From: Acidiferrobacterales bacterium
Lineage (GTDB): Bacteria > Pseudomonadota > Gammaproteobacteria > Arenicellales > Poriferihabitantaceae
Reading direction: 5' to 3'
Assembly: GCA_019633985.1 (NCBI GenBank)
Contig: JAHQWE010000005.1
Span: 11,331-75,330, forward strand
DNA: 64,000 nt
The translations under genes and the position numbers were made by a program. The notes beneath the pieces were generated by a model, which did not search any database, had not been told where the DNA came from, and was given only the letters and a program-made list of their open reading frames with translations. Below are positions 60,047 through 64,000 of the stretch, piece by piece. Position 1 is the first letter of the stretch, and every line of letters starts with the position of its first letter.

Positions 60047-61420
60047 TTATTCATTCCCCACCGTCATCCAGTTAATGATACGCATATCGGGAAACATGGT
60101 GTGAAGAGAATTCGCTACCGCGAAATGCGCCGCTTTGTTTTTAGCGTCACCGCTTACCATCACCGCATTGTCCGCTACTGTTAATCCAAACGCGCTATCG
60201 GGAATAGCCGGTGTTAAAACCGACCATCGATCAAGCCATTCACTAAACGCCACATTTGGCTCAACACTAATGAATGCTTCCAGCTCGGTCACACCGAGTT
60301 GTTCTTTCAAAGTCTCGATCAAGTTGGCCCGTGCTCGAATCCCCGGCATTCGGCCACTTACGATAGCTCTGCTACTGTCGCGGAATAATGAAATTTCTGG
60401 CTTCCTCGTGGCTGGATCAACAAACAACTGGTTGTCTACCAGGGACGCTAGCTCCGCACGCTCGATGGCGATCATCACTTCTCCCAGTTGTTCACTACTG
60501 TCGACCCGACCCCATAGCACTAGCCCGTTACCGCTTGTTTCCAGTCTGAGGTCATGTACCTCGCTCAAGGCTGGTAGTACTTTTGCAACTCTTCGAATCA
60601 GCCTGGGGCTGGACAGAGTGGTGTTGTACTGAAGGTCACTGGTGACCGCATCTTCCTCATCGACATCGGCAAGGGCAACTAGCCCGCGCAGCAGCTGTTT
60701 ACCGGTTTTAGGATCTGGAATTTGCCCGCGAAGAGCGGCGCCGTTCCAGCCCGCTATCAGAGAGATAGAAGCACTGTTTTGATCTTCCGCCACACGAACC
60801 TGATAGTTAACCTTGATGTCTTTTCCAAGTCGAGCAGACAGTGCATATCGCAAGCGATTTTTCTCGTCAGCATCGGCGGCAACACCAGTCACCATGAGAA
60901 CATCGCGCCAGCCATAAAGCGTAAACTGCTCTAGACCGATCAATGTTTCCAACGCAGGTTGAGCAGCGTTGATCCAAAATGGTGTGCCAAGCCGGTCGTC
61001 GATTCGAATGCGATCACGTATTCCCGCTTCCGGAAATGCACGCTTAACCGCCTGTACCACAAGGTCCAGGTCGTTGCCGGCAAGCTGGCCTTCCAAACTT
61101 ATTTTGTGTTGTGTTCGGGAAACTTGTAGTTCGGCGGAGGGTTTTGGTTTTTGTTCTACCTGCTTCATCACTCGTCTAACTGAAGGTAGCGCATATGCTT
61201 TCTCCACCAGCTGACCGAGGTTTCGTCCAGGTTCGATTGTGCCGCGAAAAATTACCGTTTGGCCATCGACGGAGGTGAGAGGAGTTGCCCAAGTATGGTC
61301 TAACAACAACGATTCCACATCTGTTTCCACACCATTCGCAATTTTGCTCTGTAGAGTAATACAGAGTGTCACTAGCAGTATCGACATGATGATTACACCC
61401 CAATACACCACGCGCTGCAT
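60047..61420 (-). CDS. Membrane-anchored multi-BON-like protein
   Basis: N-terminal TM followed by about 7 repeats of strand-(L/V)xG-helix-strand. No OmpA domain. Start uncertain (61420-61492). Confidence 0.7.
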   Translation of the reverse strand: MQRVVYWGVIIMSILLVTLCITLQSKIANGVETDVESLLLDHTWATPLTSVDGQTVIFRGTIEPGRNLGQLVEKAYALPSVRRVMKQVEQKPKPSAELQVSRTQHKISLEGQLAGNDLDLVVQAVKRAFPEAGIRDRIRIDDRLGTPFWINAAQPALETLIGLEQFTLYGWRDVLMVTGVAADADEKNRLRYALSARLGKDIKVNYQVRVAEDQNSASISLIAGWNGAALRGQIPDPKTGKQLLRGLVALADVDEEDAVTSDLQYNTTLSSPRLIRRVAKVLPALSEVHDLRLETSGNGLVLWGRVDSSEQLGEVMIAIERAELASLVDNQLFVDPATRKPEISLFRDSSRAIVSGRMPGIRARANLIETLKEQLGVTELEAFISVEPNVAFSEWLDRWSVLTPAIPDSAFGLTVADNAVMVSGDAKNKAAHFAVANSLHTMFPDMRIINWMTVGNE

Positions 61421-61485
61421 TGCTTGATGCGCGGGCATACGCTCGAGCTCTTCAAATGTTGATATCAGCGCCGCGAGAGAACGAC

Positions 61486-62628
61486 CTAACATACTGTGTT
61501 CGTCTGATAGGGGGAGTGTTTTTCAACGGCCCGTATGTAGCCGCGAACTCCGGACTGTTCGCGCTCAACGAAGTCGGCGATGGCTTCCCGGAACGGTTGC
61601 CCGGCAATCCAGTGAAGCGAACGCGTTTGTGTGGGGATAAACCCGCGCGCAATCTTGTGTTCGCCTTGAGCGCCTGGGTCAAAACGTTGCAAGCCTCTCT
61701 CGATACAATACTCAATGCCCTGGTAATAACACACCTCGAAATGCAGGCTGTCCAGATAACCACGGCACCCCCAGTGTCGTCCATACAAGGTGTGCTCGTC
61801 CGCGTACATCAGCGCACCGGCGATACACACGTCCTGTGCATAGACCAGCACCAGCAATACATGGTCAGGGAGTTCGCTGGCTACCTGCTTGAAAAACCCT
61901 ACATTGAAGGCAGGTGATCCATATTTGCGATCATAGATAGCCCGATACATGCTCGTAAATTCGGCCCAGTCATGATCGGTTGCAGTATGCCCATCCAGAC
62001 GTTTAATCTGAACCCCGGATTCAGCTACCTTGCGTCGCTCCTGCCGTATGTTCTTTCGTTTTTTCGATTTTAGAGTTAAAAGAAACTCGTCGAAACTACG
62101 ATAGCCACGGTTGTGCCAATGAAATTGGCAGTCAATCCGCATTAACGGCTCATGCTGTTGCAGAGCGGAAAAGTCGGCCTCTCTGACAAAGAGTGAATGC
62201 GCACCACTGAAGTGATGTTGGTGCATGAACTGTCTGAGCCCTGCAATCAATTTCTCACTGATTTCAACTATCCTGTCGGCAGGCGCTAAAACTCTTTGCC
62301 CGGTAGCAGGCGTAAACGGAATGGCGTTAACTAACTTGGGATAATACTCCATTCCAGCGCGGTGATAGGCATCTGCCCAAGCGTGGTCAAAGACAAACTC
62401 TCCCCAGGAGTTGTGTTTCTCATATAAAGGCATTGCTCCGAGCAGATTATCTCCGTCATCGTAGCAAGTGAGATGGCGAGGAATCCAGCCTGCATGTTCT
62501 CCAACACAGCGGTGCTGTTCCATCGCCGCGAGGAATTCGTGGCGCAAGAAAGGGTAGTCATTATCAACCATTGCATTCCATTGATGCGGGTCGATATCTG
62601 CGATGCGTGAATACAGTTTGATTTGCAC
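61486..62628 (-). CDS. GNAT/FemAB-like N-acetyltransferase (DUF482 type)
   Basis: SWGEFVFDHAWA, PFTPATG, LYGRHWG, LHFEVCYYQ, GAQGEHK..RG. Confidence 0.9.
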   Translation of the reverse strand: MQIKLYSRIADIDPHQWNAMVDNDYPFLRHEFLAAMEQHRCVGEHAGWIPRHLTCYDDGDNLLGAMPLYEKHNSWGEFVFDHAWADAYHRAGMEYYPKLVNAIPFTPATGQRVLAPADRIVEISEKLIAGLRQFMHQHHFSGAHSLFVREADFSALQQHEPLMRIDCQFHWHNRGYRSFDEFLLTLKSKKRKNIRQERRKVAESGVQIKRLDGHTATDHDWAEFTSMYRAIYDRKYGSPAFNVGFFKQVASELPDHVLLVLVYAQDVCIAGALMYADEHTLYGRHWGCRGYLDSLHFEVCYYQGIEYCIERGLQRFDPGAQGEHKIARGFIPTQTRSLHWIAGQPFREAIADFVEREQSGVRGYIRAVEKHSPYQTNTVC

Positions 62629-62698
62629 CCCTTGATTTTAATCCACCACCGCAACAGTCACCACCTACAATGCGGCTCTGGCAGGCGAGTTAGTGCAA

Positions 62699-62727
62699 CT
62701 GACAGGTCCAGCCCAACATCCTATAAT
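62699..62727 (+). promoter_or_regulatory. Sigma70 promoter of the M48 protease gene
   Basis: CTGACA-17 nt-TATAAT, 33 nt upstream of the ATG. Confidence 0.6.
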
Positions 62728-62760
62728 CTGTGATCAGTTAACTCATCTCTATAGAGTGTG

Positions 62761-64000
62761 ATGGATCAAATAACACGATTCTGCGGTGTATTGCTGCTAC
62801 TAACCACTTTGGCAGGATGTGCCACCAATCCCGTAACCGGGTCTCCCAACCTGGTGTTAATGAGTGAAGAGCAAGAAATTGCCCTGGGGCTGAAGACCCA
62901 TAAAGAGGTATTAAAACAATATCAGGTGTACGATGATCCCGAGCTACAACGCATGGTAGATCGTCTTGGCCAGGAACTTGCCGCGCGAAGCCACCGTAGT
63001 CATCTTGACTTCACCTTCACTGTTTTGGATTCCCCACAGGTAAACGCATTTGCCACACCTGGGGGGTATATCTATATCACTAGAGGCATCATGGCATATA
63101 TGAATAATGAGGAGGAGCTCGCTGGTGTCCTGGGGCATGAAATCGGGCATGTTACTGCCCGCCATAGCGTACGGCAGCACAGCGCTCAGACAGTGGCTGG
63201 TCTCGGTTCTCTGGGTATGGCAATCCTATTTGGTGATCGCGCCGCTGCTCAAATGAGCTCGCAACTCGGGAGGGCGCTAGTCAGTGGTTACGGTCGAAAT
63301 CATGAGTTGGAAGCGGATCGACTGGGGGCGGAATATCTGGCAGAAATAGGATATGACCCCGAGATGATGCTAGGGGTGGTTGGTATTTTGAAGGATCAGG
63401 AAGAATTTGAGAAGCAACGGGCGGCAGACGAAAATCGTCAGCCTCGCACTTATCACGGTGTTTATGCGACACACCCCCGAAACGATCAGAGATTAAAAGA
63501 GGTGATACGAGCTGCCGAGAGATTTAAAAATCCAGATGCTCGCTACAGCGATCCGAAAGATTTTTTAAGAAAAATAGAAGGTATTACATTTGGAGACAGT
63601 GAGTCTCAGGGTGTGCTGCGAGGCAACAATTTCTATCACAAACCGTTGGATCTCCATATTCGGTTCCCCAAGAACTGGCGTGTAGAAAACCAACCCACTC
63701 AATTGATTTCACTAGGGCCAAACCGTCAAGATGCGATGCTGGTTAAGCTTGGAAAGCAGGATGGCGCAACAACACCGGAACAGTTTTTACGCAAGAATTT
63801 TCGAAACTTGAGAAACGGCCAATCACTGAATGATGGAAGCTACACCGGGATTACCGAAGGTAAAACACCTTTTGGTCAACGGCCCGTTCGCGTCGCGGCA
63901 AAATTCCACGGCAATCAGGTTCTTGTGTTTAACGGGTTTTCAAAAGGAAACCTCAACACCCAGACGTTTTTCAATACAGTTTCCAGCGTACGTACACTGA
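62761..64000 (+). CDS. M48-family metalloprotease lipoprotein (truncated by window end)
   Basis: Lipobox LAGC-ATNPVTG, NAFA.PGG, HEIGH, ELEAD, THP. The frame stays open to the end of the window. Confidence 0.92.
   Translation, partial: MDQITRFCGVLLLLTTLAGCATNPVTGSPNLVLMSEEQEIALGLKTHKEVLKQYQVYDDPELQRMVDRLGQELAARSHRSHLDFTFTVLDSPQVNAFATPGGYIYITRGIMAYMNNEEELAGVLGHEIGHVTARHSVRQHSAQTVAGLGSLGMAILFGDRAAAQMSSQLGRALVSGYGRNHELEADRLGAEYLAEIGYDPEMMLGVVGILKDQEEFEKQRAADENRQPRTYHGVYATHPRNDQRLKEVIRAAERFKNPDARYSDPKDFLRKIEGITFGDSESQGVLRGNNFYHKPLDLHIRFPKNWRVENQPTQLISLGPNRQDAMLVKLGKQDGATTPEQFLRKNFRNLRNGQSLNDGSYTGITEGKTPFGQRPVRVAAKFHGNQVLVFNGFSKGNLNTQTFFNTVSSVRTL

Noticed and set aside
1-64000. CRISPR arrays, IS elements, prophage or integron features
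   Set aside because: No regularly spaced repeats and no transposase, integrase or phage structural motifs were recognised by eye.

Overview
A gene-dense 64-kb stretch of bacterial chromosome. Gene content and order suggest a marine gammaproteobacterium (inference). Housekeeping genes dominate: cca, moaC-moeA, proS, msrA/msrB, an aa3-type cytochrome c oxidase cluster, algZ-algR / argH-lptM-lysA, aroE, an RND efflux pair, nagZ and yicC-gmk-rpoZ-spoT. I recognised no rRNA, tRNA, CRISPR array, integrase or transposase. Best candidate for an undescribed system: a two-gene module at 49334-51274. Its first protein has a signal peptide, an amphipathic beta-strand (barrel-like) region, an acidic linker, a Gly-rich hydrophobic helix and a C-terminal DUF4329 (JAB-like, polymorphic-toxin-type) domain. 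It is followed by a small secreted immunity-like protein. Other signals absent from the ORF track: a ~115-nt candidate sRNA with C-rich loops between algZ and argH, an in-frame TAA splitting lysA, a structured lptM-lysA spacer, two ~40-aa membrane microproteins (cox operon; ArfB-like after a multi-BON protein), a decayed CgeB-like glycosyltransferase remnant, and an M48 protease running off the window end. All family assignments come from motif recognition by eye; no database searches were run.
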